Source: a virus
DNA: 64,000 nucleotides
Virus record (IMG/VR): IMGVR_UViG_3300050821_002957
Span: 15,192 to 79,191 of that record
Reading direction: 5' to 3' (one strand)
The notes beneath the pieces are model-generated. The model was not told where the DNA came from. It searched no databases and saw only the letters and a list, made by a program, of their open reading frames with translations. Of this stretch, positions 1 through 8,724 are shown one piece after another; position 1 is the first letter of the stretch; every line of letters begins with the position of its first letter. The translations under genes were made by a program, and so were the position numbers.

Positions 1-524
1 AAATCACTCTCGAAGAAGGATTCGATTTCATCAATTCCCTCGAAGCTACGGCAGAAATTGACGGCGTAGTATGTAGCATCAAATCTGGTGGTGTGCGCCT
101 GCCGACGTTTGTCAAACATGGCACTACGTGTGTGACGTGCAAGCTCCCGGCGTCGTTCTTTGCGGTCGAGCGCCGGGGTGGACAGACTACTCGTTATCAC
201 CTGAACCTGTACGGCGTGAACGACAAAGGAATGGACGTGCTCTTTACGCATGACCATATCCTAGCTCGCTCTGCTGGTGGTCTGGACACACTGGAGAACA
301 CACAGACCATGTGCAGTCCATGCAACTCACACAAGTCTACTTACGAGCCGAGAAACACAAAACGACAGGCGGCAAAAGAGATCGCCAAACTCACCCAGAA
401 GTTGTACGACGGAAATCATGCTGCTGCGATCACTGGAGAGATTTATCGTGAAATTCGTATCGGCGCATCCCACGAATCTTCCGAAGTTTTTGACTACTCC
501 GTAAAGGAACAACATGCCAGCTAA
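1..524 (+). CDS. HNH endonuclease, 5'-partial (frame stays open to the window start; the track's first start at 93 is GTG)
   Basis: HNH motif DHILARSAGGLDTLENTQTMCSPCNSHK. Frame 3 has no stop between position 3 and 93, so the gene most likely begins upstream of the window. Confidence 0.55.
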   Translation, partial: ITLEEGFDFINSLEATAEIDGVVCSIKSGGVRLPTFVKHGTTCVTCKLPASFFAVERRGGQTTRYHLNLYGVNDKGMDVLFTHDHILARSAGGLDTLENTQTMCSPCNSHKSTYEPRNTKRQAAKEIAKLTQKLYDGNHAAAITGEIYREIRIGASHESSEVFDYSVKEQHAS

Positions 525-750
525 GAAACTTGTGTTGACCGAGAATCTGGCGTATCGAGACATCCAAAAGGTTCCGAAGCGCCTCACTAAAGAACAGCGA
601 GGCATTGCTTTGATGCACATCAGTGCCAAGATCATGTTGAACATTTACGACATGCAAGATCAAGCCGGAATTACAGACCTCGAATTGCTTATGATCTTAT
701 CGGAAGAAGTCAGCCGAACCACTCGACGTTTAGTGAAAGGGAAGAAATGA
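514..750 (+). CDS. hypothetical early protein
   Basis: ORF with AAGGAACAAC Shine-Dalgarno-like sequence upstream of the ATG; packed tightly in the plus-strand early cluster. Confidence 0.4.
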   Translation: MPAKKLVLTENLAYRDIQKVPKRLTKEQRGIALMHISAKIMLNIYDMQDQAGITDLELLMILSEEVSRTTRRLVKGKK

Positions 751-983
751 TTATCTCAGCGACCGTCGTCAACTCGAATACATTTGTCGGCAATGGACTA
801 CAACCGAACGTACTCATCATTCAGCCGACATTCGAGGCGCAAACTGTCGGATATAACTACGAAAATCGAAATGCTCAGGAAGCCGCCGAAGTTTTCATGT
901 GGTTACAAGCTGCATTCTGCAACAAAACACTGGCGGAACTTGCCGAACGTCTGAGCGTCTACAATCAAAAGGAACCAAAATGA
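747..983 (+). CDS. hypothetical early protein
   Basis: ORF whose start overlaps the stop of the previous gene. Confidence 0.4.
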   Translation: MIISATVVNSNTFVGNGLQPNVLIIQPTFEAQTVGYNYENRNAQEAAEVFMWLQAAFCNKTLAELAERLSVYNQKEPK

Positions 984-1489
984 CCACAACTTTTCATGCC
1001 TATATTCCCGATTCCATGAGCGCACGCCCGGAATTTTACAGCGGACGTGGCGCAACGACTTCAGACTTGAATTCACAACATCTTGAAGACATTCACGCCA
1101 ACATTCTGAAGCTGCACGGACCTAAAGCCGCTGCTCAATTCGTCAAAATGGTGGCCGATATTCCGGTACTTTCGGCGACCGATTTTCTGATAGCCCTTCA
1201 AAACCTGGACCGGAGCGGATGGAAATGGACCAGTCGCAAGCGCCCGACCAATAAGGGCATTGAAGTGGTCAACAATGGCAATGCTGGAGACTACGTGTCG
1301 AATTTGGGCACGATTGCAAGTGTCTTAGGTGGCATGGGACGACACTCCGACCAAACTGAATCGATCCGGTATCCTTTCATCCGACAACACTTTAATGAAC
1401 TCCCAAAGGCAGTTCAAAAGAAGCTGAAGGAACCTCGTTGGGATCGAATGGATGTCTTCGGGTGCCGCTACTACCCTTCTCACTATTGA
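980..1489 (+). CDS. hypothetical protein (start taken at the MTTTFHAYIP ATG)
   Basis: ATG at 980 preceded by AGGAACCAAA; start overlaps the previous stop. Confidence 0.45.
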   Translation: MTTTFHAYIPDSMSARPEFYSGRGATTSDLNSQHLEDIHANILKLHGPKAAAQFVKMVADIPVLSATDFLIALQNLDRSGWKWTSRKRPTNKGIEVVNNGNAGDYVSNLGTIASVLGGMGRHSDQTESIRYPFIRQHFNELPKAVQKKLKEPRWDRMDVFGCRYYPSHY

Positions 1490-1514
1490 CAGTAGCCTTA
1501 GACCCCTGTAGACT
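1486..1514 (+). promoter_or_regulatory. sigma70-like promoter: cTATTGACA, 17-nt spacer, TAGACT; ATG at 1524
   Basis: TTGACA 1486-1491, 17-nt spacer, TAGACT 1509-1514. Same geometry as the other early promoters, giving a very short leader. Confidence 0.45.
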
Positions 1515-1523
1515 GGTCATGAA

Positions 1524-1826
1524 ATGAAATACAGAGAGATAGGACCAAAACACGCTTTCAGTGGCGACATTGATGAACCGATTCCTTCCGACATCAAGCA
1601 TGAGCGCATGTTTCATCCAGCAAATAACGAGTGGCCGTTGTACAGTATCGCTATCTGGACACCAACACCTAAAGCCAGCCGTCCTGCCGGGTTCTTTGTT
1701 TCTTTGAACGTCAAGACAAGCATCAAATCTGACTGGGTGGCTTGTGGTTTGATGACCGCACAATCCATTCCGTTCGAGCTTCTCCCTGAAGTCATAAAAT
1801 TACTTGAAGAGGCCGCATCAGCATGA
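1524..1826 (+). CDS. hypothetical protein
   Basis: ORF immediately downstream of the promoter-like element. Confidence 0.45.
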   Translation: MKYREIGPKHAFSGDIDEPIPSDIKHERMFHPANNEWPLYSIAIWTPTPKASRPAGFFVSLNVKTSIKSDWVACGLMTAQSIPFELLPEVIKLLEEAASA

Positions 1827-2368
1827 AATTCAATCTCAAAAATCTCGACAACATTCTAGGAAATTTGATTTTTTCTTCTCGATGGATTTTGTATCCGATG
1901 AATGTTGGTCTGGCCGTCGCCGGGATTTTGTATGGAACCAAGTTCATGATGGACCTGTGGACGCTCCTTCATCATGGTCTGGGGATGGAGACGGAGGGCG
2001 TGATGTTGGGTGTACTGGGCCTTGTCGATATGCTTATGGTGGCGAATCTGGTGGACATGATTTACATGGGTTCGCACCAAATTTTCATTCAACGCTTTGT
2101 CATCACCGACACCACAGCCCGTCCTCAGTGGCTTGATCACGTCGATTCGGGAATTTTGAAAGTGAAGATGGCATCGTCTGTCGGAGGCATCATGATCATT
2201 CGGATACTCAAAGATTTTGTGAACGTCGAACATACCGACTGGATTTTTATTCAACGTCGGTGCTATATTCTAGGAGTTGCCCTTGGTACGGTATTAATCA
2301 TGGCTGTCATTTGGCGACTGACTCATTCTCCAATCGAAGCACCACAGCACAAAGAGGAACAACACTAA
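1823..2368 (+). CDS. YqhA/UPF0114-family inner-membrane protein homologue
   Basis: N-terminus ...NLIFSSRWILYPMNVGLAVAGILYGTKFMMDLW... matches the bacterial YqhA pattern (ASRWLLAPVYFGL...); several hydrophobic helices. Confidence 0.55.
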   Translation: MKFNLKNLDNILGNLIFSSRWILYPMNVGLAVAGILYGTKFMMDLWTLLHHGLGMETEGVMLGVLGLVDMLMVANLVDMIYMGSHQIFIQRFVITDTTARPQWLDHVDSGILKVKMASSVGGIMIIRILKDFVNVEHTDWIFIQRRCYILGVALGTVLIMAVIWRLTHSPIEAPQHKEEQH

Positions 2369-2598
2369 TGTCTTTTCAACTAACCTGCTTGCTCTGCGAA
2401 GGCACCAAGCCACATACCAGTAAGTACCTCGTGCCCATGCAGGAACACGTCATGACCACGCATGGATACACTCAAACCGATCTCCAGAAGCAGACCAAAC
2501 GTGAGACCGATGCTGGGTACATCTATACCATGCCTGACGGTAAGGATTGGCTGGACGCTGCACGAGGCGGCAACTACATAGGCGGCGGCAATGTCTAG
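2368..2598 (+). CDS. hypothetical small protein (CxxC-containing)
   Basis: ATG at 2368 overlaps the previous stop; preceded by AGAGGAACAACAC. Confidence 0.4.
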   Translation: MSFQLTCLLCEGTKPHTSKYLVPMQEHVMTTHGYTQTDLQKQTKRETDAGYIYTMPDGKDWLDAARGGNYIGGGNV

Positions 2599-2959
2599 AA
2601 ATCCACACTATCTGTCCAAGGTGTTGAATGGTGTTTCTGTTGCCAAAGAAGAATTAGAAGAAGCCGAACGGAAGCGAGACCAGTTTTTAGAGCCTATCCT
2701 TACGATTCTAGGAGCAACCGGAGGCGGCATTGATTCTGTTTACCAGCACGATGAAATTCTCTTTGTAAACAGAACAGGAAGTTGTCGAGGATGTCGTTGG
2801 GACGATGACTACGAGTTTCCGATGTCCATCTTCACTGCTGATGATCCAATTGCGGCTGCACACAAATACGTCATTGAGAAAAAAGCAGCCGAAGCTGAAG
2901 CGGAGAAACAACGAAAACTAGCGGAAATTCAACGCTTACAAAAAGAACTAGGTGTCTGA
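2591..2959 (+). CDS. hypothetical protein
   Basis: ORF; start overlaps the previous gene. Confidence 0.45.
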   Translation: MSRNPHYLSKVLNGVSVAKEELEEAERKRDQFLEPILTILGATGGGIDSVYQHDEILFVNRTGSCRGCRWDDDYEFPMSIFTADDPIAAAHKYVIEKKAAEAEAEKQRKLAEIQRLQKELGV

Positions 2960-3120
2960 TGAAAAAGCTGTGTCCGAAATGTGAGGGGTTTGGTTTCACG
3001 TTTCCTAATCCTGCGTGTTGGGCCTTACGTGATGATTACTGGAACAGTCCTCATAGGATTCCTTGTGAATTTTGTAAGAGAACCGGAGAGATAGATGAAA
3101 GACCCCAAACCAAAGCCTGA
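2959..3120 (+). CDS. small zinc-ribbon protein (53 aa, two CxxC pairs)
   Basis: TGATG overlap with the upstream stop; sequence MKKLCPKCEG...CEFCKRTG. Below the 60-aa cutoff of the ORF track. Confidence 0.35.
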   Translation: MKKLCPKCEGFGFTFPNPACWALRDDYWNSPHRIPCEFCKRTGEIDERPQTKA

Positions 3121-3229
3121 GCCTTGCTATCACAAATTGAAACGAATTTCGGAGCCACCCTATCGTTACATCTGTGAAATCTGCGGAAAGAAATTGAAAA
3201 TTGCAAGCGGATGGGTAGGGCCAAAATGA
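3095..3229 (+). CDS. small zinc-ribbon protein (44 aa)
   Basis: MKDPKPKPEPCYHKL...YICEICGKKL; overlaps its neighbours in coupling-type fashion. Confidence 0.3.
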   Translation: MKDPKPKPEPCYHKLKRISEPPYRYICEICGKKLKIASGWVGPK

Positions 3230-3447
3230 AAGAATTTGATGCTTATGCTGTTGGCTTGATCTCTGCGAGTGTCTGTACCTCGATGTCGATTGAAGAAGCA
3301 ACTCGCCAACTTAACATCGAACATCCGACCGGCATTAACAGCAAGTGGGTGTTCAGTGACGATCCGACCTTCGCAACAGGTGAGACCAATCCGTGTCCGT
3401 GCGATCACAGCCCAACGACACACCAGCACATGCTTTTCAACTGTTAG
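3226..3447 (+). CDS. hypothetical protein
   Basis: ATGA overlap with the preceding small ORF. Confidence 0.35.
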   Translation: MKEFDAYAVGLISASVCTSMSIEEATRQLNIEHPTGINSKWVFSDDPTFATGETNPCPCDHSPTTHQHMLFNC

Positions 3448-3459
3448 GAAGGGATTGAA

Positions 3460-3672
3460 ATGATAGACCCCATAGCATTTACCGGACTGAAGATCGAAGA
3501 CGACAAGCTCATCGGCATCATGGCCTCTCAAATATTTGCGATGAATCCGAACATGCAAATATCAAGCGCCGTCCGATACTCATTGGCGATTTTAGAGGAG
3601 ATCAAACTTCAAAAGGACGAGATCGAACGTCAGAATAAAATTCGAGAAAAGAACAAACGTAAGAACAAATGA
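3460..3672 (+). CDS. hypothetical protein
   Basis: ORF with GGAAGGGATTGAA upstream of the ATG. Confidence 0.4.
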   Translation: MIDPIAFTGLKIEDDKLIGIMASQIFAMNPNMQISSAVRYSLAILEEIKLQKDEIERQNKIREKNKRKNK

Positions 3673-3676
3673 AAAC

Positions 3677-3714
3677 GGAGGCCACACACGGCAGATCATT
3701 TGTGTGCAGCCTCC
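3677..3714 (-). terminator. long hairpin followed on the minus strand by GTTTTCATTT: rho-independent terminator for gene 3743-4036
   Basis: GGAGGCCACACA ... TGTGTGCAGCCTCC, about 12 bp of stem with a 2-nt bulge; the U-rich tract is on the minus strand only. Confidence 0.5.
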
Positions 3715-3742
3715 AAGTGACCAGGGCTACCGAAAACTTCTT

Positions 3743-4036
3743 CTATGAACCTGTGTGCGACGACGTGTGGGTGCCTGGGGTGGATTGAATCGCCGCTTCG
3801 ACCAACGGCTGATTGGCTTCACACCACTCGACGTACTGACTCAGATCGTGAATGAACTGCGAAAGATTGAACGTGCTGTTGTGATGCAGCTTCTCCTTCA
3901 CAGTCTCGATCTTGATGTTAGTACTGGACTGCTGTTTTGGATTCGCCTCCAGAGATGTCTCAAGCGTGGTTGCGACGGCTTGAATCCTTCGGGCATCCTT
4001 AGAGTACTCGGCAGGTGACTGCTGTTCTTGTTTCAT
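3743..4036 (-). CDS. hypothetical early protein
   Basis: ORF with its own sigma70-like promoter (4043-4072, minus strand) and a downstream terminator. Confidence 0.45.
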   Translation of the reverse strand: MKQEQQSPAEYSKDARRIQAVATTLETSLEANPKQQSSTNIKIETVKEKLHHNSTFNLSQFIHDLSQYVEWCEANQPLVEAAIQSTPGTHTSSHTGS

Positions 4037-4042
4037 GACTCA

Positions 4043-4072
4043 AGTTCTAACATACTCGATTAAGGCTGTCAA
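4043..4072 (-). promoter_or_regulatory. sigma70-like promoter on the minus strand: TTGACA, 17-nt spacer, TAGAAC; ATG 7 nt downstream (leaderless geometry)
   Basis: The reverse complement of 4043-4072 reads TTGACAGCCTTAATCGAGTATGTTAGAAC, followed by TTGAGTC and then ATG. Confidence 0.4.
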
Positions 4073-4102
4073 GGCCATAGAACGAAGAATCGCTGAAATG
4101 TT

Positions 4103-5173
4103 TTATACCCAACGCTCGATATAAATTGCATTTCGGCGTAATTCGGCTATTTGATCCGGTTTCAAAATGTAAGTTGAGCCACTGGTTTCATCTTTTTTCA
4201 TTTTGTATCCACGACTGAACAGCGTCGAAGTGCTCAAGAAAATTTCAATATTACGGACTCCCGGCTCATAATAAGGTCTCCATTTATCTCTGAGCTTCAC
4301 CATCTTGGTCATATCTCTGGCGATGGTAGGCACCAGAAACACGGCATAGATTGTATTGCGCTGAAGATTCGTCTGAAGTACGACAAGAGCCTGCTTGGTC
4401 GGGAGCTTATTCATAGCTTCTTCGTCAGAGACACTATTTGGTAGGATCTTTCTAATAACTTGTCCCCGGCGCATGATGTCTTCTTCTTCTGATGGTGACA
4501 GGGGATGCCAAGTAACCTGTCGAACTGTTTTTGATAGACCGTATTTGATCGCTAGGTTGGTTTCAATTTTGATTACTAGCATTTCTTGACCGGGCTTTAG
4601 ACGATCTTCAGAACCCCAAAATGCTACTAGTTCGTCCATCTTTTTGGGTGTGTCGAATGCGGTTCCCGAGTAATAGTTCGCATACCATCCATCTCGACCA
4701 GTGAAGCCAGATTGACCTTTGTGATTGTACATGACGACAGTGGTCATCTTCTTTTCATCGTTAGTCAATTCGAGATCGTTAATGGTGTCACCAAGTGGAA
4801 TTTGGAATCCGACAATACTCGAACAACGATGCGCCTGAGACTGAAATCTCCAACCATGTCTTCCATCTCCGTCGCCAGTGGTCACAGCAAGAAATGCATG
4901 AACCAATTCGTGGATGACAAGTGCGTCTAGTCCTTGTTCAGTACGTTTAAACTTGGTATTCATTACGATTCGCAAAGAGCCAGGAAGTATTGTTCGACCA
5001 TTTGTGCTATAATATGTCGTTCCGCCAGCAGATTTTAGTTCGCCCCAGGTAATTGGACATCTTGGGATGCGACCATCGAACAACAGACGATTGTACGTGT
5101 CGAATTTGTGCTCTAGGCTATAGTCACCTTCGATCACAGGAGATTCAGCCAGCCATTGTTGGAATTTTAGCAT
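4103..5173 (-). CDS. SprT-like zinc metalloprotease domain protein with a ~230-aa C-terminal extension
   Basis: LVIHELVHAF...GHGWRF matches the SprT/Wss1 HExxH...GHG(K/W) signature; the N-terminal FDGRIP...W motif resembles SprT. Confidence 0.55.
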   Translation of the reverse strand: MLKFQQWLAESPVIEGDYSLEHKFDTYNRLLFDGRIPRCPITWGELKSAGGTTYYSTNGRTILPGSLRIVMNTKFKRTEQGLDALVIHELVHAFLAVTTGDGDGRHGWRFQSQAHRCSSIVGFQIPLGDTINDLELTNDEKKMTTVVMYNHKGQSGFTGRDGWYANYYSGTAFDTPKKMDELVAFWGSEDRLKPGQEMLVIKIETNLAIKYGLSKTVRQVTWHPLSPSEEEDIMRRGQVIRKILPNSVSDEEAMNKLPTKQALVVLQTNLQRNTIYAVFLVPTIARDMTKMVKLRDKWRPYYEPGVRNIEIFLSTSTLFSRGYKMKKDETSGSTYILKPDQIAELRRNAIYIERWV

Positions 5174-5664
5174 TATAAAACTCGAATTTGTTCAATAAAA
5201 CTTTGAATTTGCTCTTTGCTCGACTCAGTATTTCTAAGCAAATCTAGCAAATATTTTATCTGTGCTTTACCTTCACTGATGTCGATGATGATCCCGTACA
5301 TGATGTGGGTTCCAGGATACACTCGACCAGTCGCCCGGACCCACATCACCTTGTCTGAACCAATCGGTGTGACTCGATATTCGGCGACATACTCGGTGAC
5401 TTCTCCGGTTAAAATTTTGTCGATACGCTTGCGAATAATTACTACATCACCTGAGTCAACTTGATCAAGATAACGATCCAATGTGATTTCTTCTACGTCG
5501 TTGTAGCCCATTAAATGCCGTAAGACACTGTTCCAACGAGTTTCATTCTTGTCGATATCAAATGCGAACGTACCAATTTTTGAACTCTCACATGCCATCA
5601 ACAATTGGTCAGCGGTCATTTGTTCGATAAGTTTAGGCATAGAGGTATTTAGAGTTAGCACCAA
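5173..5664 (-). CDS. hypothetical late protein
   Basis: ATGA overlap with the downstream gene; a CTCTAAATACC late motif lies 5 nt upstream of the ATG. Confidence 0.5.
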   Translation of the reverse strand: MVLTLNTSMPKLIEQMTADQLLMACESSKIGTFAFDIDKNETRWNSVLRHLMGYNDVEEITLDRYLDQVDSGDVVIIRKRIDKILTGEVTEYVAEYRVTPIGSDKVMWVRATGRVYPGTHIMYGIIIDISEGKAQIKYLLDLLRNTESSKEQIQSFIEQIRVL

Positions 5665-5667
5665 ATG

Positions 5668-5700
5668 AAAAAGCCCACCAAGATTTCTCTCAGTGGGCCT
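5668..5700 (-). terminator. rho-independent terminator after the major capsid gene
   Basis: GCCCAC/GTGGGC 6-bp stem (5673-5678 and 5693-5698) followed on the minus strand by TTTTTCATTT. Confidence 0.5.
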
Positions 5701-5729
5701 TAATGCTGATCTCGAAAAGCAATTCCAGG

Positions 5730-7043
5730 TTACTGGAGGTTTGCAATCTTGACGAGGCGGTAGTACGGGTTGCTGGTTGCGGTGATTGCACCAGTGCTGT
5801 TTGTGTAGTAAGGATTTGCTACCAAGCCATAACGGGTTTTGAAACCAATCTTCGGCTGGAACGAATTCTCACCAACTGCACGGACCATCTGCAACGGAAT
5901 GTATGGGCAGTAGAAGAAACCTGCGTCATACGGCGAGCTACCCTTGTAACCGACCATCATAAGTTCGGTATTCAAGTCGCCAGTGTTGTTGAAGTACGGA
6001 TCGATGAAGACCTTTGTGTTGTTCTTGAGAACGCCAGCGAAAGTGTTTCCTGTGTCATCGACATTGAGGTTCGTTGCGAGAGCAGGTGCATAGCTCAAAA
6101 TACCTGTCATTGCGAGTGCCGAAGCTACGTCGCTGGAGCAGATAATGAAGTTACCCTTGCCTCTACGAGTCTCACGAGCGATCTGGTTAGCATCACGCTC
6201 GACTTGGAACAACATACCCTTGAACTTTTCTTCCAACCAACGGCCATTGGAATCTGTGTCAAGATCAAACGTGCCAGGGGTCGTTACCGACTTCTGAGCA
6301 CCCGGCTTTGCGATGTAATACAGAGTACGGATGATCTCACGATTGATTTCTGCAAGGATTTCAGTCGAGAGGATGTTTGCCAACTCTGTTTCAGCATCCA
6401 AGCCATGAATTGCCTTCAAGTCTTGTGCCAATTCCATCGTGTATTCTGCTTTCAATGCACGGCTGTTGGCAGTGACCGTAACTTTGTCAATGCTCAATGC
6501 CATTTCATTGAATGCGAAACCGACGCCATCACCCAAGGCTTCTGCCTGACCTGTGGTCATTGCAATACCTGTGGTGTATGGAGACAAGAACGGATCGCTG
6601 CCCTGCGCCTGAACGTATCCAGACATACCGGACTGACGACCTGCAAAGTCTGTGTCAGCTTCGTTGAAGAATGCTTCGTTGTTTGCTACGCCGTTTGTGA
6701 TCGAAGAAGAACTCATCGTGCTGTACTTCGAGCGCATTGCGAAGATCAATCCCGTAGGACCAGTCATCGGCTGTACGCCACAAACGTCATATGCAATCAA
6801 GTTAGGCATTGCACGACGAACGAGACTGATCAAAATCGGGTCCCATGCGCCAACGTTGCCAGAACTGATGTTGTTGGTCGGTGCCGCTTCCATCAATTGC
6901 TGCTTTTCTTCTTTGATTGCTCTCTGCTGGTTCTCAAGAATCTGGATAGTCACATCACGACGGTGACTGTCAGCAATCTTGGGAAGAGCTTCATGGTCGA
7001 TAACTACTGACCATTTCTGTCTTAGGTTTTCGGAAATATTCAT
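5730..7043 (-). CDS. 23: major capsid protein, T4 gp23 family
   Basis: LVRRAMPNLIAYDVCGVQPMTGPTGLIFAMR corresponds to T4 gp23 MVRRAIPNLIAFDICGVQPMNSPTGQVFALR; the C-terminal GFKTRYG is conserved. Start taken at MNISEN, preceded by GGAGAGAGACGGTAT. Confidence 0.9.
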   Translation of the reverse strand: MNISENLRQKWSVVIDHEALPKIADSHRRDVTIQILENQQRAIKEEKQQLMEAAPTNNISSGNVGAWDPILISLVRRAMPNLIAYDVCGVQPMTGPTGLIFAMRSKYSTMSSSSITNGVANNEAFFNEADTDFAGRQSGMSGYVQAQGSDPFLSPYTTGIAMTTGQAEALGDGVGFAFNEMALSIDKVTVTANSRALKAEYTMELAQDLKAIHGLDAETELANILSTEILAEINREIIRTLYYIAKPGAQKSVTTPGTFDLDTDSNGRWLEEKFKGMLFQVERDANQIARETRRGKGNFIICSSDVASALAMTGILSYAPALATNLNVDDTGNTFAGVLKNNTKVFIDPYFNNTGDLNTELMMVGYKGSSPYDAGFFYCPYIPLQMVRAVGENSFQPKIGFKTRYGLVANPYYTNSTGAITATSNPYYRLVKIANLQ

Positions 7044-7084
7044 ATACCGTCTCTCTCCAGTTTCTCTTTGAAACTTGCTGTATC

Positions 7085-7118
7085 TATTTAGAAGCCGCCG
7101 TATTTTCACACGGCGGCT
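7085..7118 (-). promoter_or_regulatory. late-promoter-like CTTCTAAATAG motif with an adjacent perfect 8-bp hairpin, upstream of the capsid gene
   Basis: tatttag at 7085-7091 on the plus strand (CTAAATA on the minus strand); hairpin AGCCGCCG-N10-CGGCGGCT at 7093-7118. Confidence 0.45.
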
Positions 7119-7130
7119 ATCTTGTACTTG

Positions 7131-8645
7131 TTAGTCCTTCTTACCCATTTTTGAGATGGTCTTTGTATACACATCCATCTCACCGGATACTGGTGCATTG
7201 GTCTTTGCTGATTCCATCAAAGGTTGCTCTTCTTCTTTCTTAGGAGCGCCCTTCTTTGGGAAATAGCTTTCTTTGAGAGTGTTGAGCTTCTCGGCAAATT
7301 CCTTGCGAGTGGTGTACTCGACGCCTTCTGCCAACTTCTTCAACTTCTCACGCTGCGTATCTGCCAAGCCGCTGGATACTGCACGGACAACTTCTTCCTT
7401 GCGGTATGCATTCAAACTTGCACGCATCTTTACGTTCGATTCGACCGACTCATTGAGCTTTGCTTCAAGAGTGCTGACCTTCTTTCCGAGGGTTGCAAGA
7501 ACATCAACTTTGGACTCAGGAACTTCGATGTAGTGTTCGACAAAGAGGTTCTTCAAGCCCTTGATAAAGTCTTCTGCAAGTTCGGCACGAATGCCACGCT
7601 CGACAGCCAAACGATTTTCCTTCATCCAGTTCTCGACGACGTAATTGAGGTAGTTGTCAACCTGTCCAGTCAACTTCTGCTCTGTGATTGCCAGCTTCTT
7701 TTCAGAACGTGCCTTCAATACAGCAAATGCTTCCTTCAACTTCTTCGTTGCGACCTTCTGGACACGCTGCTTCTCTTCGTTCACACGGCGAGTTACAGCA
7801 GCCTTGTAGATCGTGGTTGCCTTGGTCTTTGCAGCTTCGGACAACTTGGTGCCTGCGAAAATTGCGTTAATGTCTTCGGCGACCGATTTCTTGTCGTCGT
7901 TCTGATCAGCAGTACCAACCGAAGAGTCAGCCGAAAATTTCTGGTTCGGTGTCTTTGCGCCAACTGCTGGTCGGGTCAACTTGTCAGGGGTGTCAAGCAT
8001 CGAGTCAACATCAGGAAGAGTCTCATCCGGCGTACCGAAATCATCGTCCGAATCCTTCAAGCTGGTCTCGCCTTCTTCTTCCTCAGCGACCTTAATTCCA
8101 GGTGCCTTGCTGACGAGCTTGTCCGGGGACTCCAACTTTGAATCGACATCAGGAAGAGTTTCATCGGGAGTACCGAAGTCATCATCCTTGTCCTTCAAAC
8201 TTGTTTCGCCTTCTTCCTCTTCACCAAGACCGTCTTTGTGAGAATCAGGACCGTTGTCGCCTTCCTCTTCCCCGGCTGCGTCTTCGTCTTCACCTTCAGC
8301 TAACTTTGCAAGAAGAGATGCAAAGGTTTCGTCAAGGTCATCCTTCTCGTCCTTGTCGTCTTCCTTGTCCTTGCCATCGCCGTCTTCTTCGTCTTCGCTC
8401 ATGCCATCAAGACCGAAACCCTTGGTGATCGGCTCATCTTTTGCTGCATCATCGACACCGATTTCGCCGACGCCTGGAACCGGCCATGCCTGCGGTACGT
8501 GTGCTTTCTGTACATTCTTTGCGTAGTCCAGAGGGCCTTTCAGCGTAGCGCTGGGTGAAGGACCGCCCACGATTTCATAGGCCACTTCCTCATTCAAGTC
8601 AGACTTGTTGAGGATGTCCAAAATTTTGTCTTCAATTCTTCCCAT
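7131..8645 (-). CDS. 22: prohead core scaffold protein (gp22-like), highly acidic, with an internal ~40-aa duplication
   Basis: Position between the gp21 and gp23 homologues; D/E-rich; C-terminal coiled-coil-like region. Start taken at MGRIEDK, preceded by AGGAGA; the track's start at 8696 is probably too far upstream. Confidence 0.6.
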   Translation of the reverse strand: MGRIEDKILDILNKSDLNEEVAYEIVGGPSPSATLKGPLDYAKNVQKAHVPQAWPVPGVGEIGVDDAAKDEPITKGFGLDGMSEDEEDGDGKDKEDDKDEKDDLDETFASLLAKLAEGEDEDAAGEEEGDNGPDSHKDGLGEEEEGETSLKDKDDDFGTPDETLPDVDSKLESPDKLVSKAPGIKVAEEEEGETSLKDSDDDFGTPDETLPDVDSMLDTPDKLTRPAVGAKTPNQKFSADSSVGTADQNDDKKSVAEDINAIFAGTKLSEAAKTKATTIYKAAVTRRVNEEKQRVQKVATKKLKEAFAVLKARSEKKLAITEQKLTGQVDNYLNYVVENWMKENRLAVERGIRAELAEDFIKGLKNLFVEHYIEVPESKVDVLATLGKKVSTLEAKLNESVESNVKMRASLNAYRKEEVVRAVSSGLADTQREKLKKLAEGVEYTTRKEFAEKLNTLKESYFPKKGAPKKEEEQPLMESAKTNAPVSGEMDVYTKTISKMGKKD

Positions 8646-8724
8646 TTTTGTGTGTCTCCTGGTAAACCAGATATTTCTAGAGGTATTTAGAAGCAAATTG
8701 ATTTTGGTGGTGTAGATCGAAGTG

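Noticed and set aside
93-95. GTG at 93 as the start of the first HNH gene
   Set aside because: The same frame is open back to position 3, so the gene more likely starts upstream of the window; annotated as a 5'-partial gene.
5703-7010. 435-aa Cys-rich plus-strand ORF
   Set aside because: It runs entirely antisense to the well-supported gp23 capsid gene and has an implausible composition; it is a reading-frame artefact.
7224-8526. Several plus-strand ORFs (7224-8141, 7981-8241, 8138-8428, 8254-8526)
   Set aside because: They are antisense to the acidic scaffold gene; low-complexity Ser/Leu/Arg-rich translations are typical of the opposite strand of poly-Asp/Glu coding sequence.
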